Positions 29,465 to 40,710 of a stretch of DNA of 64,000 nt are shown piece by piece. Under the pieces are notes generated by a model. It was not told where the DNA came from. It was given only the letters and a program-made list of their open reading frames with translations, and ran no database searches. The translations under genes and the position numbers were made by a program. Numbering within the stretch: the first letter of the stretch is position 1; every line of letters begins with the position of its first letter. Source of the stretch: an uncultured virus (IMG/VR IMGVR_UViG_3300023179_000075) (taxonomy: Duplodnaviria > Heunggongvirae > Uroviricota > Caudoviricetes); IMG/VR virus record IMGVR_UViG_3300023179_000075. One strand, written 5' to 3'.

Positions 29465-32400
29465 TTATATAGTTGTATTTAATGATTTTACAATACTACC
29501 TATATTACTCTTTAGTGTAGTAGAAGCATCATAAGGTATTAATAAAGATTGAGGTATTAATTGAGTTCCTATTGCCTTTCTTCCTTCTAATATAACTGAG
29601 GTTTCATCTAGTTTAGGTCTAAAAATAGCAAAATTATTAGCAGCTGATGTTGCTGATGATATTATTGAGTCTGTTACTACTACTTTATAACTATGACTTC
29701 CTCCGGTACCAATATCTGTTACTTCCTTTACTTCATAATATGGTTCTGGTGCTTCAAATTGTCCAAATTTAATTAGATCAAGAGATTGAACAGACATTTT
29801 ATTAACAATAGGAGAATAATTTACTGATGTATTAGTAAAAGATGAACTATAAAAATAAGCAGAAGATACAGTATTAAAGATTAAAGTATCATTAGTTTTG
29901 TATGTAGTTGATAAAGTAAAGAAAGGGGTAGTAGAAGTATAACTGTCGGTGTATATATATTTAATACTAGTATTAACAGTATCCTTTACACTCCAAAACA
30001 TATTTCTCCATCTCATTGTACCTGCATTTGACACTGTTGCCATATTTGCAATATCTATAAGATAAAATGATATTCTTAAATAGTCTCCAGCAACTAAATT
30101 ATTAGTATAATTTAATATCATTCTATTCGTTAGACTAGCCTCCGTATTACTTGGTGGATCAATTCTAAATGTATTAGTTGCTGGGTCAAATAATCCCCGT
30201 CCAGTATTTTCTGCATTAATAACTATAGAGTCTGCTGTTGTTAAAGCAGTCCATGTATCTGTACTGTATCCATCTAATGTTGCTTTTTCTAATACTAATA
30301 CTGCTTTAAAAATATGCCATCCTGCAGCTAAATCTTGAAGTCTTATATAAAATTCAACTCCAGCAGATATATTATAAGTTCCATTTCTAGATATTTTATA
30401 AATAGTATTATTAAAAGAGGTAGAAGCAGGTTCATTAAAAAATCCATCGATTTTTCCCGATGTAGTTTGTTGAGGAGTGGTAAAATTATTTATATTAAAC
30501 ATGCTAAATCTATATGATGGACCAGGAATACCTCCTCCACTATTCCAATTTGGAGGGTAAGAAGTATAATTTAATTTAGGGGTATTATTATATGGCCAAT
30601 TAGAAGCAGGAATTACTTTATCTACTATTACCTCACCTGTTAAAGAAGGAACTCCATTTATTTTGTAAAAATTTGTTCCGGGTTTATTTTGAACAGGAGT
30701 ATTAGGTGGATATTGCCCACCATTAAAACTATATTCAAGAGTATTTGGATCGGTTCCTAAAAATCCTAAGGGTAAAGAAGTTGTATATAAATAATTGTCA
30801 TAAGTAAAATTTAATATCTCTCCATTTTCTCTATATATTATAGGACTAAATGAATATCCACCTTTCCATATTAATTTATTTCCATCTAATTTGTTTTGAC
30901 CTGGTTCGGTTATGGAAAATATAGTTGGGGTACCTGATTTAAATATATTTTGAATCTCACATATATTATTGTTATATGAGTTTAATTCTGTTACTTGATT
31001 AGCAGAATCAATTAAATATTTTAAACTAAGAGATGTTTTATCATAAAAATTTAAACTTTGAGTTGGAATTGACTTTAACCAAGCTAGTTTATATGAATTA
31101 TGATCAATAGCGGCTGTTTTACCAAACGAATCATCTCCAGCATATGTTAAAGAAGCACTAGTATATGTGTTGTAAAGTAAGCTTGTTGTCTTAGATCCTT
31201 CGTAGCGTGATATGTTATATGAACGAAGTGATAAATATGAATCTTGTAATTCAGCACTACTAGTAATACTGCCAGTTGTACCCCAAATATATTCTATTTT
31301 TTTTCTAACATTTGATGCTACACTTTTAGAAACATTATTTAATAATACATTCCAATCTGAATGGGCAAATGTATTTTGATTAATACTTTGTGTTATATTA
31401 TGTTGTGCATTATATACATTCCAATCACCTAAATATGGATTATTATTATCTGTAAAGTATTGATATACATTTACTACACTACCGCTTAATTCACCTGTAT
31501 AAAATTGTTTTTTATCGTTTGATAAATCATTATATAGTTTACCATATTGAGCTGAGATTCCAGGAGCTGAGTATTTTGCATCGTATACTGTTTGTTGAGT
31601 TGCTGTAGGGACAGAATACACTGATTTATTTCTTTCTAATACTGGGGAGTTAATTGTAATTCCTGTTGATAGACTAGCGCGCTCAGGAACGAAATCTGAA
31701 AGCATTTTAAATAATGAATTATCAAAAAATTCTATTAGTCTAATAAATCCATTATAATCTAGTAATGAAGCAGTAAATGGATTAAATCCAGGTACACCTG
31801 TTTCAAAATATAGTTTGCGTTGATTATCTAAATCAGAATAAGAAGAACTATATTGTTGTCTAGGATCACCTATATAATTATCTAAAATCCATGTTGGGTT
31901 ATTAGATGCTATAGCTCCTGATATGTAAGTATCTATTTGTGTTTGTGGTGAAAATGATATATCAACATAGTGCATATCATTATCTCTAAATTGATTAGAC
32001 GCAGTAGGGAATGTTTGTAAACTAAGTTCATTTGATAAAACACTAGATGTTGTGTATATATCTATAGCTCTATTTTCAATGGTATTAGGTACAATTCTTA
32101 CTTTATCAGTATTATATCCTTTTACTAAATTAGATTTAATGCTACCACCAAATTCACTAACATTTAATATACTACTTGTAATACCAAATATTGTATCAAG
32201 ATATTTTAAACCAGTAACTGTACCTTTAGTTTTAACTAATAGTGGTAAATTATGGTATAAACGTTTATATAATTCAGATACTAAATCTTTACGTGGTATA
32301 TTATTTAAATAACTACCTGTAATAGTAAAGTTATTATTAAATATGCTACTACCGGTATTAGCACCTATTAAGTATTGATCAACGCCTTCACCGGCTTGAC

Positions 32401-33928
32401 TGTTATATAACTTAATACCTAGCGATTTTAATCGATCATATACTAAGTCTTTGGATATGCCTTGTTCTAGGTTGTTATTCGCTAGATTAACGTCCGTTAT
32501 TGCTTTTATATATACCCAAATGTTGTCAAAATAATGACCTACCATGTTTAAGAATAATAGATATGGTTGGTTTGTATCATCATCTTTTACAAATGTTGGA
32601 ATAGCATATTCTAAATTATCATAATTATTATAATCATAGGTTTGTGCAGATGATGTTTGATTAGTATACCAACTTTTAACAGTTGCTGAACCAGTAGATA
32701 ATAAACTAAATGGTCTAGTAGAGTTAGTTTTAGGCCAAGCATACGAACTAGATTCAAAATATAAATAATATTCATACCCATCAAACTGAGATACAAGTGT
32801 ATTGATATTAGAAGCGTATTGATTTATTTCAGTTATTAAACTAGGAATAGATGATGTTTGAGGAGTATATGTACTAATTAAAGTATTATAATCTTCAATT
32901 TGTTTAGCCTTAGTATAAAAGTTAGATAAACGTTGATATGCAGATCCAAAAAATACAAAATCCGTATAATTTGTATAATCTATATTTATGTCTACACTTT
33001 GTGTAGCCATTAAATTTAATATCTGACGATAAGATGTTTGTTGTAATGATTGTAAACTGGTTATTAAACCAGAATAATTATTGTATGCTGTAGATATTGT
33101 ATTTTGATTAGCTATAGCTATGTCAAAATTAGGGCCTCTTAGTTTTGGTCCTGGTGCTAATGTAATTAGCTTATCTAAATTTATGTCGAATAAGTATGGG
33201 CTTGCTTGTTCTTGTACAACCCATAACGTTGATTTTTCTTGTACTTCTAAAGGTAAAGGATTATATAATTTAAATAATACTTCATATCCAGTAGTAGCTT
33301 TATTTAATGCAACGTTAACGGCTACATATTGTTGATTATCACCAAAATTCAATAAATAATCTACATAATATGTTGGAGTACTATTTATTTCACTTATAAG
33401 CGCATTTGTTGCTGTTTCAATATCATCATCCATTAATGTTGTAGAAGCTAATCTTATCTCTGTTCTATCTTGAGATATTTCTTTAACATATAATGCTTTT
33501 TCAGTGGGATTAGATATTTTATTTTGAAATAAATTATATCTAACTTTAAATTCACCTGATGAGTATCCAAAACTCTGTACATCCTTTATAGGATCTATTT
33601 CAATAATAGGGTATATAGCTCCACTTCCAGTATCTAGTGTAGATACAATACCTACATTTTCTGTTTGTATATTTCCTGCAATATTAGGATCGGGAACTGT
33701 ATTTGGTTTTAAACCAGTAGTAGTAGGTAATTTGTAGTCTAGGTAATTGTAGTTTGTATTTAATAAATTATTACCAGCATCATATATATAATATTCAATA
33801 TAGTTATCCATCCCACCAAAATATTCTTTCAATGTGGTGATTGGAATTAAATTAATATCATTAGCATCATAACGTGAAACTGTTGATGTATTTAAAATAG
33901 TACCTATTATCTTAATATTATCGGCCAT
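29465..33928 (-). CDS. Large baseplate/tail-associated protein (1487 aa)
   Basis: EISQDRTEIRL; FLNMVGHYFD; LLVKTKGTVTGL baseplate-wedge-like segment; beta-rich C-terminus. Confidence 0.65.
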   Translation of the reverse strand: MADNIKIIGTILNTSTVSRYDANDINLIPITTLKEYFGGMDNYIEYYIYDAGNNLLNTNYNYLDYKLPTTTGLKPNTVPDPNIAGNIQTENVGIVSTLDTGSGAIYPIIEIDPIKDVQSFGYSSGEFKVRYNLFQNKISNPTEKALYVKEISQDRTEIRLASTTLMDDDIETATNALISEINSTPTYYVDYLLNFGDNQQYVAVNVALNKATTGYEVLFKLYNPLPLEVQEKSTLWVVQEQASPYLFDINLDKLITLAPGPKLRGPNFDIAIANQNTISTAYNNYSGLITSLQSLQQTSYRQILNLMATQSVDINIDYTNYTDFVFFGSAYQRLSNFYTKAKQIEDYNTLISTYTPQTSSIPSLITEINQYASNINTLVSQFDGYEYYLYFESSSYAWPKTNSTRPFSLLSTGSATVKSWYTNQTSSAQTYDYNNYDNLEYAIPTFVKDDDTNQPYLLFLNMVGHYFDNIWVYIKAITDVNLANNNLEQGISKDLVYDRLKSLGIKLYNSQAGEGVDQYLIGANTGSSIFNNNFTITGSYLNNIPRKDLVSELYKRLYHNLPLLVKTKGTVTGLKYLDTIFGITSSILNVSEFGGSIKSNLVKGYNTDKVRIVPNTIENRAIDIYTTSSVLSNELSLQTFPTASNQFRDNDMHYVDISFSPQTQIDTYISGAIASNNPTWILDNYIGDPRQQYSSSYSDLDNQRKLYFETGVPGFNPFTASLLDYNGFIRLIEFFDNSLFKMLSDFVPERASLSTGITINSPVLERNKSVYSVPTATQQTVYDAKYSAPGISAQYGKLYNDLSNDKKQFYTGELSGSVVNVYQYFTDNNNPYLGDWNVYNAQHNITQSINQNTFAHSDWNVLLNNVSKSVASNVRKKIEYIWGTTGSITSSAELQDSYLSLRSYNISRYEGSKTTSLLYNTYTSASLTYAGDDSFGKTAAIDHNSYKLAWLKSIPTQSLNFYDKTSLSLKYLIDSANQVTELNSYNNNICEIQNIFKSGTPTIFSITEPGQNKLDGNKLIWKGGYSFSPIIYRENGEILNFTYDNYLYTTSLPLGFLGTDPNTLEYSFNGGQYPPNTPVQNKPGTNFYKINGVPSLTGEVIVDKVIPASNWPYNNTPKLNYTSYPPNWNSGGGIPGPSYRFSMFNINNFTTPQQTTSGKIDGFFNEPASTSFNNTIYKISRNGTYNISAGVEFYIRLQDLAAGWHIFKAVLVLEKATLDGYSTDTWTALTTADSIVINAENTGRGLFDPATNTFRIDPPSNTEASLTNRMILNYTNNLVAGDYLRISFYLIDIANMATVSNAGTMRWRNMFWSVKDTVNTSIKYIYTDSYTSTTPFFTLSTTYKTNDTLIFNTVSSAYFYSSSFTNTSVNYSPIVNKMSVQSLDLIKFGQFEAPEPYYEVKEVTDIGTGGSHSYKVVVTDSIISSATSAANNFAIFRPKLDETSVILEGRKAIGTQLIPQSLLIPYDASTTLKSNIGSIVKSLNTTI

Positions 33929-33931
33929 TTA

Positions 33932-34255
33932 TTATCCTTTTAAAGCGGTTTGTGTATCTAAAACGGTCTGTCTTAGAGTTGTTATTTCATCTAATAGAGC
34001 TTGAATATCGTCATTATTTAAGTTTATACCTAAATATTCAGCTTCTTTTTCAAGGATATATCTATGTGAATTTATATCTCCTTCTTTTGGTATTTGATAA
34101 AATATTTCTTCGTATAATTTAAAAAATTCATCTACCGTTAAGGGTGCTGCTACATTAGAGGTTTGTTGGTTAATTAATTGACTAAATTGAGTATTAACTA
34201 CCTTCTCGAATGTATTCTTATCAAATACTTGTTTTTGTATAAAAATTTGAGACAT
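33932..34255 (-). CDS. Hypothetical virion-region protein
   Basis: 107 aa ORF in operon. Confidence 0.65.
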   Translation of the reverse strand: MSQIFIQKQVFDKNTFEKVVNTQFSQLINQQTSNVAAPLTVDEFFKLYEEIFYQIPKEGDINSHRYILEKEAEYLGINLNNDDIQALLDEITTLRQTVLDTQTALKG

Positions 34256-35370
34256 TATCTTGTAACTTTAAAATAGTAATTTTCATCAAATACTACTGTT
34301 TCACCATTAGATAATACAGATTTAAATAATACTTTGTAATATCGCTCTGGTTCTAAACCGTTCATATAAACATCAAAATAACTACCACTTGTATTGCAAC
34401 TAATTTTTGTATAGTTTGTATCATAATCTACGACAATTTCGTCGGTATCCAAATCTTTTATTGACCAATATGAAGATAAAGGTAAAGCGTAATTTACTAA
34501 AGAAAATGAAAATGAAGAGGTTTGATAAACTCTTGGTGGGTATTTTGTTCTAACTTTAACATTAAAACGTTGGATTGAGTCTTGTTGATATATATTTTTA
34601 TTATTACCTAAACTAGTAACATATAAATCTGAATCCATTACCGCTTGGGAGCCTGTATTATAATATGAATCATCCCATCTAATTTCTAAACATGGAGGAT
34701 AGATAGTATGTGTGTTACCTGAAAAATATTTAGTTTCAAATTTAGATGCTGTAGTAAATTCAATTGACCCACTATGCTTAATGATAAATCCGTAATTTGA
34801 TATTATATTAGTATAACTTGCACTTACTGCGTTTGTTACTCTTAATTCAATATCATTATCTGTTGTAGACGTATAAGTAAATGACTGAGTAGCTACATAA
34901 CTAGAGGCAGTATACCATAATCCACCACCTATATTACTACCGGATCTATATGATCCTGTTTGACCATTAGGAAATGATGATGGATTAAACCATGCACTTC
35001 CACTCAATTGATTTGTATATGCCCAACTAACACCATCTGTAGTAATTGGGGAATTAGCTAATCTACCCGTACCCATATTCCAATCGCTAGCTAAAGGATG
35101 AGAATAAATTGTATAACTTAAAGGAATTTGGGAAACATTTGCTGTAAATAATTTTAAATAGCAGTCAAAACTAGATGTTTTTACATTATTATTAAATACA
35201 TTATTTATATCCGAAGTTGGAAATTTTAATAATATACGAGATACCTCATTAGTACTATTAATAGAAGAAAAAGTGCTAAGCTCTAGTATCTCATCAAGTC
35301 CCGTATTTAGGGTTGGATAATACGAATAGAGTGTAGCACTTTTTTCAGGAAATATTTTATAAATTGCCAT
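34255..35370 (-). CDS. Virion protein with DNRLRE/TGF-beta-propeptide-like beta-sandwich
   Basis: ATLYS..NTG..SRILLKF..W..G..NYGFIIK..P.LEIRW. Confidence 0.55.
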   Translation of the reverse strand: MAIYKIFPEKSATLYSYYPTLNTGLDEILELSTFSSINSTNEVSRILLKFPTSDINNVFNNNVKTSSFDCYLKLFTANVSQIPLSYTIYSHPLASDWNMGTGRLANSPITTDGVSWAYTNQLSGSAWFNPSSFPNGQTGSYRSGSNIGGGLWYTASSYVATQSFTYTSTTDNDIELRVTNAVSASYTNIISNYGFIIKHSGSIEFTTASKFETKYFSGNTHTIYPPCLEIRWDDSYYNTGSQAVMDSDLYVTSLGNNKNIYQQDSIQRFNVKVRTKYPPRVYQTSSFSFSLVNYALPLSSYWSIKDLDTDEIVVDYDTNYTKISCNTSGSYFDVYMNGLEPERYYKVLFKSVLSNGETVVFDENYYFKVTR

Positions 35371-35413
35371 AATTGCATGATTATTACATATAAATATGAC
35401 AGATTATTGCTTT

Positions 35414-36010
35414 TTAAGCTAATAATGCGTGGTATTCGTTAAAATGTTTAATACGATCAGCAAGACCAATCGTACCGCCATTAACGCGTTTAGTAATAGT
35501 TGTTACTACTGCTTCAGTAGCACCACCATCAGCTAATTTATGTAAGTTATTTTTATAAAAAAACCAAGCTGCTGATAATAATGGATATTTAGTTGCAACT
35601 AGATCTGGTTGTTCAATTAGATTTTCTTCTACTACTTTATCAAATGCACTATAATTATCTTTACCAGTTAATTGAATATATCCACGGCCACGAAATTTAT
35701 ATCCATCTCCTGATGCCTTATCTCCGTTACCCATTCTACTAGCATATACTAAATTTGCAATTTTTTCAGGCTTGCGTTCATATAAAGCAGCTGTGTCAGG
35801 TGTAAAGTATTTTGCAAAGGTACCTAATAAACCTTTAGCGCCGTAGTTTAAATTTTCATTTACTACTTTAAATCCACCCGATTCATGGCCAGCTTGGGCT
35901 AAAAAGTGTGCTAAGCGCAATGATGTGTTTAATTCAAATTTTTCAATTGTTTCTGGTAGCATAGCGATTACACTATCAGGGATGTGTCCTTTTAATTTGT
36001 CTAGATTCAT
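35414..36010 (-). CDS. Glycoside hydrolase family 19 lysin
   Basis: LAHFLAQAGHESGGF, ENLNY, GDGYKFRGRGYIQLTGKDNY, ITKRVNGG..GL.DR. Start MNLDKL. Confidence 0.92.
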   Translation of the reverse strand: MNLDKLKGHIPDSVIAMLPETIEKFELNTSLRLAHFLAQAGHESGGFKVVNENLNYGAKGLLGTFAKYFTPDTAALYERKPEKIANLVYASRMGNGDKASGDGYKFRGRGYIQLTGKDNYSAFDKVVEENLIEQPDLVATKYPLLSAAWFFYKNNLHKLADGGATEAVVTTITKRVNGGTIGLADRIKHFNEYHALLA

Positions 36011-36026
36011 AATGGGGTTTTTAATT

Positions 36027-37847
36027 TTAAGATGATATAACTCGACCTTGTATATCAATGTCAGGATATCTAACTTCAAATATACTTGGATCTAACGATG
36101 GATAAATATTACCTTGTCTAGTGGCTCCTGAAATATCATATCCGTATTGTGAATAATTTCCTCCTTGTTTATTTACTATTTCAAGTTTAATTAATGATTG
36201 TACTCCTTTAATACTACTACCATTTAATATATTTGATATATCGGATAATATAATTGGTTGATTTATAGTCCAATTATCAATATTAAAATAATTTTTTAAT
36301 GCTACTATACAATTAGTAATTACATCATTATTATTATACCCACTTTGTACTTTAATATCAAAATTAATACCTATATTGATATAAAATGCATCTTTAATAT
36401 TAATAGCATCAGTAACCATTCTATATTGGTTAATATAAGTAGCTAAATTTTGTTTTAATGTAGTATTAGCCGTTACTAATTTTTTACTATTATCAAACGC
36501 TAATATGTACATATCTAATGATAATGGATTACGCATCTCAGTAGTTGCTACTGTTGATGTAGGAATCATTTCTTGAATTACATCTTGTGTAACATATACT
36601 TTAGCTATACTACCATAATCAGCAGGTAAAGATAATGCTCTAACAATATAATCTTCTCTAGTTACAGCACGTAATTGAGATTGATATGCATATAATGCAT
36701 TATTGCGCATTTCTTCAATTTCATCTCCATTTCTACCACCCGTTGCTGGTAATGGATTAGTTGATGCTATACTAGCTTTAATTTGATCAGCTAATGCCCC
36801 TGTTACTCCACTAGGGAATGTTGCTGTTGTTTTATCAATAGTAGTTAAATCATTTGATGGGACATTTGATGTTATACCACCACCTACAAGATAACGTACT
36901 GTTATATTACTACTTGGAGCTAAACCATATTCTTGCGTAAAGAATACAGATGCTTTATTATAACCATTTGTTAAAGTAGATATACCAGGTACTAATCCTA
37001 AACCTATATTATCTGGGGATGGGAGAATTGTTGAATCAGATGCATTAGCTATTCCTGCTCCAAATTCTAATTGTAGTGTATTATCTGATAAAAATCTAGA
37101 TACATAGCGGCGAGGTACTCTACTATAATTGACTAAGTATGGTACACCGTCACTTCCAGATGTTGGATTTGTTGTTGTACTTAATATTGTTGATTGGGCT
37201 AAATACGGTACTTCATACCATTTATTACTACTAGCATCCGTTGCATCTAATATTTGTAATATATTATTATCACTAATATTAGCTACTTGGAATTTTTGTG
37301 GTGTAGAAAAAGGTAATGTTGTTGATTTAATTTCAGCAGATATAGCTTTAACTGATTTTTTAAGTAGAAAAAAACTTGCATCTACATATGTTATTTCAGT
37401 ATTTGTAGTATCAGTAAAATCTACTTTATCAGTAGTTAAAAATTTAGTACCAGTACTAGCGGATGTTAAAACGGTATTTTCAGGTATACTTAAAGCATAT
37501 TGAGGATTAGGTATACTTATGCTACCAGATGATGGAATTAATTGATATACGTCTATTACAACGTTAGCTGCATATGATACTTTTGGGCGGTAACCTAAAG
37601 CATAAGATAAAGCTAATAAGTTTTCTTTTTCCTTAGCATATAATAAAAATGTTTCTTGAATTTGAGTATCAGTATAGAATGATGTAACATCACCTATATA
37701 TGATGACATTTCAATAAACATAGCTCCAGGATTTGCATCTGAGAAGTCGTTATATGTGTTAGGGAAATACGTTTTAGCAAAGTTAAAAAGACTATCTTTA
37801 TAATCACTAAAAGTTTTATTTAAATATGATACTTTATTATCTGCCAT
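36027..37847 (-). CDS. Baseplate wedge subunit (T4 gp6-like)
   Basis: YNDFSDANPGAMFIEM..YIGD, LGY.P, LEFGAG, ATGG..DE, QLRAVTREDY. Confidence 0.85.
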   Translation of the reverse strand: MADNKVSYLNKTFSDYKDSLFNFAKTYFPNTYNDFSDANPGAMFIEMSSYIGDVTSFYTDTQIQETFLLYAKEKENLLALSYALGYRPKVSYAANVVIDVYQLIPSSGSISIPNPQYALSIPENTVLTSASTGTKFLTTDKVDFTDTTNTEITYVDASFFLLKKSVKAISAEIKSTTLPFSTPQKFQVANISDNNILQILDATDASSNKWYEVPYLAQSTILSTTTNPTSGSDGVPYLVNYSRVPRRYVSRFLSDNTLQLEFGAGIANASDSTILPSPDNIGLGLVPGISTLTNGYNKASVFFTQEYGLAPSSNITVRYLVGGGITSNVPSNDLTTIDKTTATFPSGVTGALADQIKASIASTNPLPATGGRNGDEIEEMRNNALYAYQSQLRAVTREDYIVRALSLPADYGSIAKVYVTQDVIQEMIPTSTVATTEMRNPLSLDMYILAFDNSKKLVTANTTLKQNLATYINQYRMVTDAINIKDAFYINIGINFDIKVQSGYNNNDVITNCIVALKNYFNIDNWTINQPIILSDISNILNGSSIKGVQSLIKLEIVNKQGGNYSQYGYDISGATRQGNIYPSLDPSIFEVRYPDIDIQGRVISS

Positions 37848-37848
37848 T

Positions 37849-38262
37849 TTATATAAATTGTACTGTAATTTGATCTGATGTTCCTGATATAACTAGATTA
37901 TATTTTACTACTATATTATAAGAATTATTATCTTCATTAGGATCTACTACTACATCAACTACATTTATCTCAGGGATAAAATAATTAACATTAGTAGTAA
38001 TTAAATTTTGTATTAATGCTGATGTATCTTCTGTTATATCTTCAAATAATACTTTTTTTATATCTGCACCAAATTCGGGATTGAATACTCGTTCTCCTTT
38101 ATTAGTAAGTAATAAATTAATTAAATTAGATTTAATTTGTTCTTTAGTACTATACGTTTTATTAAATGGACCAGAAGGACCATTAAAAGGAAGCGATACC
38201 CCTATTGCAATATTTTTTTGCAAGTCTAAGGGATTAACCCTGGTAGTTTGTGGTATTGGCAT
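37849..38262 (-). CDS. Baseplate gp25-like protein
   Basis: QIKSNLINLLLTNKGERVFNPEFGA..LFE. Confidence 0.9.
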   Translation of the reverse strand: MPIPQTTRVNPLDLQKNIAIGVSLPFNGPSGPFNKTYSTKEQIKSNLINLLLTNKGERVFNPEFGADIKKVLFEDITEDTSALIQNLITTNVNYFIPEINVVDVVVDPNEDNNSYNIVVKYNLVISGTSDQITVQFI

Positions 38263-38263
38263 A

Positions 38264-38632
38264 TTAGTCTAAATTTCTTAGTCCTGTTTTATCTGCATGA
38301 CTCATATTACTAGCCGCATCATTAATAAAAGCTAAATACGGATTTACTCGTTCTCCGGTAGATTCATCTATAGCATCTATTACTGTTAATTTATTAGCTT
38401 GTGGTTGTGAGTATCCAAACGATTCTCCCATTTGTGCCATTAATGAACTACGAACATCTTGTGGTAATCCATTAGCAGGTACATTACCGCTATTAAAATT
38501 GAATGTTTTATTTTCGCTAATCTGTTGTTTGTTTTGTTTAGCTAAGGCTTCATTAATAATGCTAGGTAATTCAGTGTGAATAGCCTCGGTTACTGCGTCT
38601 TTGATTAATTTTTTAAATAATGTAACGTTCAT
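38264..38632 (-). CDS. Hypothetical protein
   Basis: FKKLIKDAVTEAIHTE leader; ATATTTAT upstream. Confidence 0.6.
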   Translation of the reverse strand: MNVTLFKKLIKDAVTEAIHTELPSIINEALAKQNKQQISENKTFNFNSGNVPANGLPQDVRSSLMAQMGESFGYSQPQANKLTVIDAIDESTGERVNPYLAFINDAASNMSHADKTGLRNLD

Positions 38633-38644
38633 GTAAATAAATAT

Positions 38645-39529
38645 TTAAGCTTGTAAATTTTGTTGATCTATTATTAATTTTAGTTGTTCTATTAAGTCGT
38701 TAGGATCTAATGTGAATGAATAATCACTTTGTAATACTTCCACACCGTCACGATCAATTGCTACTGCAAATTTACGTTTAAGTTTTCCAGCAACAATTTT
38801 TTGATGGGCGCCTAAATTTTCTTCAGCCTTAATAGCAAAATTAAATCCTTTATATTGTTCAAATCCAGTATTATTACCTATATTTGCTAATAATATAGCT
38901 ACTTGTTCTTTATTTAAACTATTAGCCACTATACTATCTAATATATCTCCTATTTGTTTAAGTTGAGCTTTTAGTTTTTCTAAATAATTAATTTCTTTTT
39001 GTAGTAAAGGGTTAATTATTGCTAATACTATAGTTAATTGTATAATTATTTCTTTATATTTTGCTATTCTATCTTTAACTGGAGGAGGTATTATAGGGAG
39101 AGCCTCTAATATGGAAATTATAATAGTTAATATTATTAATACAGTCTGTATAGTATCTACTATTTTCTTTATTTGTATTAATTTAGCTTCGCTTCTTTCT
39201 AATGTTCTAACAGCATCTGCTCTTTTAACTTTTGCATTAGTAAGATAAGTTAGATTATTTGATTTATTAGCTAAAGTTATATATGCATTAGTTTGGTTTA
39301 CTAATCTTTCTAATTTTTTATTATTAATAACTAATGCTATTATTCCTTTTCCTAGTAAATATCCCATTACTGGAACTAAAGTCTTTGAAATCTTTTTAAT
39401 TATTTCTTTTTGAGCCGCGGCAGCATTAGCTTTATTTTCTAAGGTTGCTAAAGATAATTTTGCATCAGTCTGTATTTTTAATGCTTTTTGAGCAGCAAAA
39501 GGATCATTTATATTATTAATACTAGCCAT
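38645..39529 (-). CDS. Helical hypothetical protein with hydrophobic segments
   Basis: 294 aa ORF. Confidence 0.6.
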   Translation of the reverse strand: MASINNINDPFAAQKALKIQTDAKLSLATLENKANAAAAQKEIIKKISKTLVPVMGYLLGKGIIALVINNKKLERLVNQTNAYITLANKSNNLTYLTNAKVKRADAVRTLERSEAKLIQIKKIVDTIQTVLIILTIIISILEALPIIPPPVKDRIAKYKEIIIQLTIVLAIINPLLQKEINYLEKLKAQLKQIGDILDSIVANSLNKEQVAILLANIGNNTGFEQYKGFNFAIKAEENLGAHQKIVAGKLKRKFAVAIDRDGVEVLQSDYSFTLDPNDLIEQLKLIIDQQNLQA

Positions 39530-40710
39530 TAAGAAAGATAATTTATTTTGGAAGTTATATCCTTTATTTTAGGGATAATTTCATTTAATTTTTCACTAAG
39601 TGAAACTCCAGCCGCATTAATATCTACTAATGGAGCGCCAGGAGGTGCTGATATAGCTGATGTTAAAGATGCTGCTAATTTACTTAGTTCAAGTAATAAA
39701 TCTATTAATACTTCTTGTGTAAGACCTCCTAATAACATTGGTTGGTCTGAGTATTGGTATATAGTTCCTCCTTCTACTAGTTGTTGGGTTGGGCCTAATA
39801 TTATTTTAGGGGCATTAATGTGAACCCACCCATCAGCATTTAAATTTATTATATTTTTAGTATTTATTTCAATATTTGTTTTAGCAAATATCATTACTTC
39901 ATCTTTTTTAGAATTTAAAGTAACTCTATCACTATTTATAATGACTTGAGGAAATATATAATTATTAGGTAATAAAGGTTGTGTTATTGGATTTAATATA
40001 TCATTTTTACTTGGTAGTAAAGGTATTTTTTGTGTTGAAGTAAGATAAATAGAAGATAATTCTTTATTTATTTCTTCAATATTAGGATATAAAGAACCGG
40101 TATTTGTAGTTACATATCCATTAACTAATATAGTTATTGGATCTCCATTATTACCAAATTTACTCCACTCACTTATATCTGAATATTTTGTAACTGTACT
40201 ACCAAATCTAATTCCATTACCTTTTCTACCTTGATATATTCTATCTCCTTCAAATGATAATAAATTTCTAATATCTGATTTTTCTGAGAATGTTTTACCT
40301 AAATCTCCAGCTGATGGAGAATTTTGTTGATTATTATTCCATATATTAATAGTACCAGTATAGTATTTCTGGATTGAAGTATTGTTAGTTTGAGAAGTAG
40401 GAGCAGGTGAATCTATTAAGTGTACTAATTCTCCTATTAAAGGATAATTCTGATTACTAGCATGAAATGGTTTAGCAATTTTACATTTAGTTAAATCAGC
40501 AGTATCTATATCTTTAGCTTGATCATAGTCTAAGTAAAATATAGTTCCAACTCCTCCCCATCCACCACTTTTATCAAATAAATCTTTTGTAGGAGTATTT
40601 TCAGTAGTAATTACACCATATACCTTACCTATTTGAGGTTTAATAACGGGTGATGGGGTAGTACGACTAGATGCCGCTACCAAACTACCTAAATTTTCCC
40701 TTATCCTCAT
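39529..40710 (-). CDS. Baseplate hub/spike-associated protein (gp5-like)
   Basis: YPLIGELV OB-fold motif, EGDRIYQGRKGNGIRFGS, IINSDRVTLNSK beta-helix; position before gp25. Confidence 0.6.
   Translation of the reverse strand: MRIRENLGSLVAASSRTTPSPVIKPQIGKVYGVITTENTPTKDLFDKSGGWGGVGTIFYLDYDQAKDIDTADLTKCKIAKPFHASNQNYPLIGELVHLIDSPAPTSQTNNTSIQKYYTGTINIWNNNQQNSPSAGDLGKTFSEKSDIRNLLSFEGDRIYQGRKGNGIRFGSTVTKYSDISEWSKFGNNGDPITILVNGYVTTNTGSLYPNIEEINKELSSIYLTSTQKIPLLPSKNDILNPITQPLLPNNYIFPQVIINSDRVTLNSKKDEVMIFAKTNIEINTKNIINLNADGWVHINAPKIILGPTQQLVEGGTIYQYSDQPMLLGGLTQEVLIDLLLELSKLAASLTSAISAPPGAPLVDINAAGVSLSEKLNEIIPKIKDITSKINYLS

Noticed and set aside
35414..36079. Extended N-terminus of the GH19 lysin as a signal or SAR segment
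   Set aside because: It overlaps the gp6-like gene end and has a non-ATG start; ATG 36010 is more plausible.
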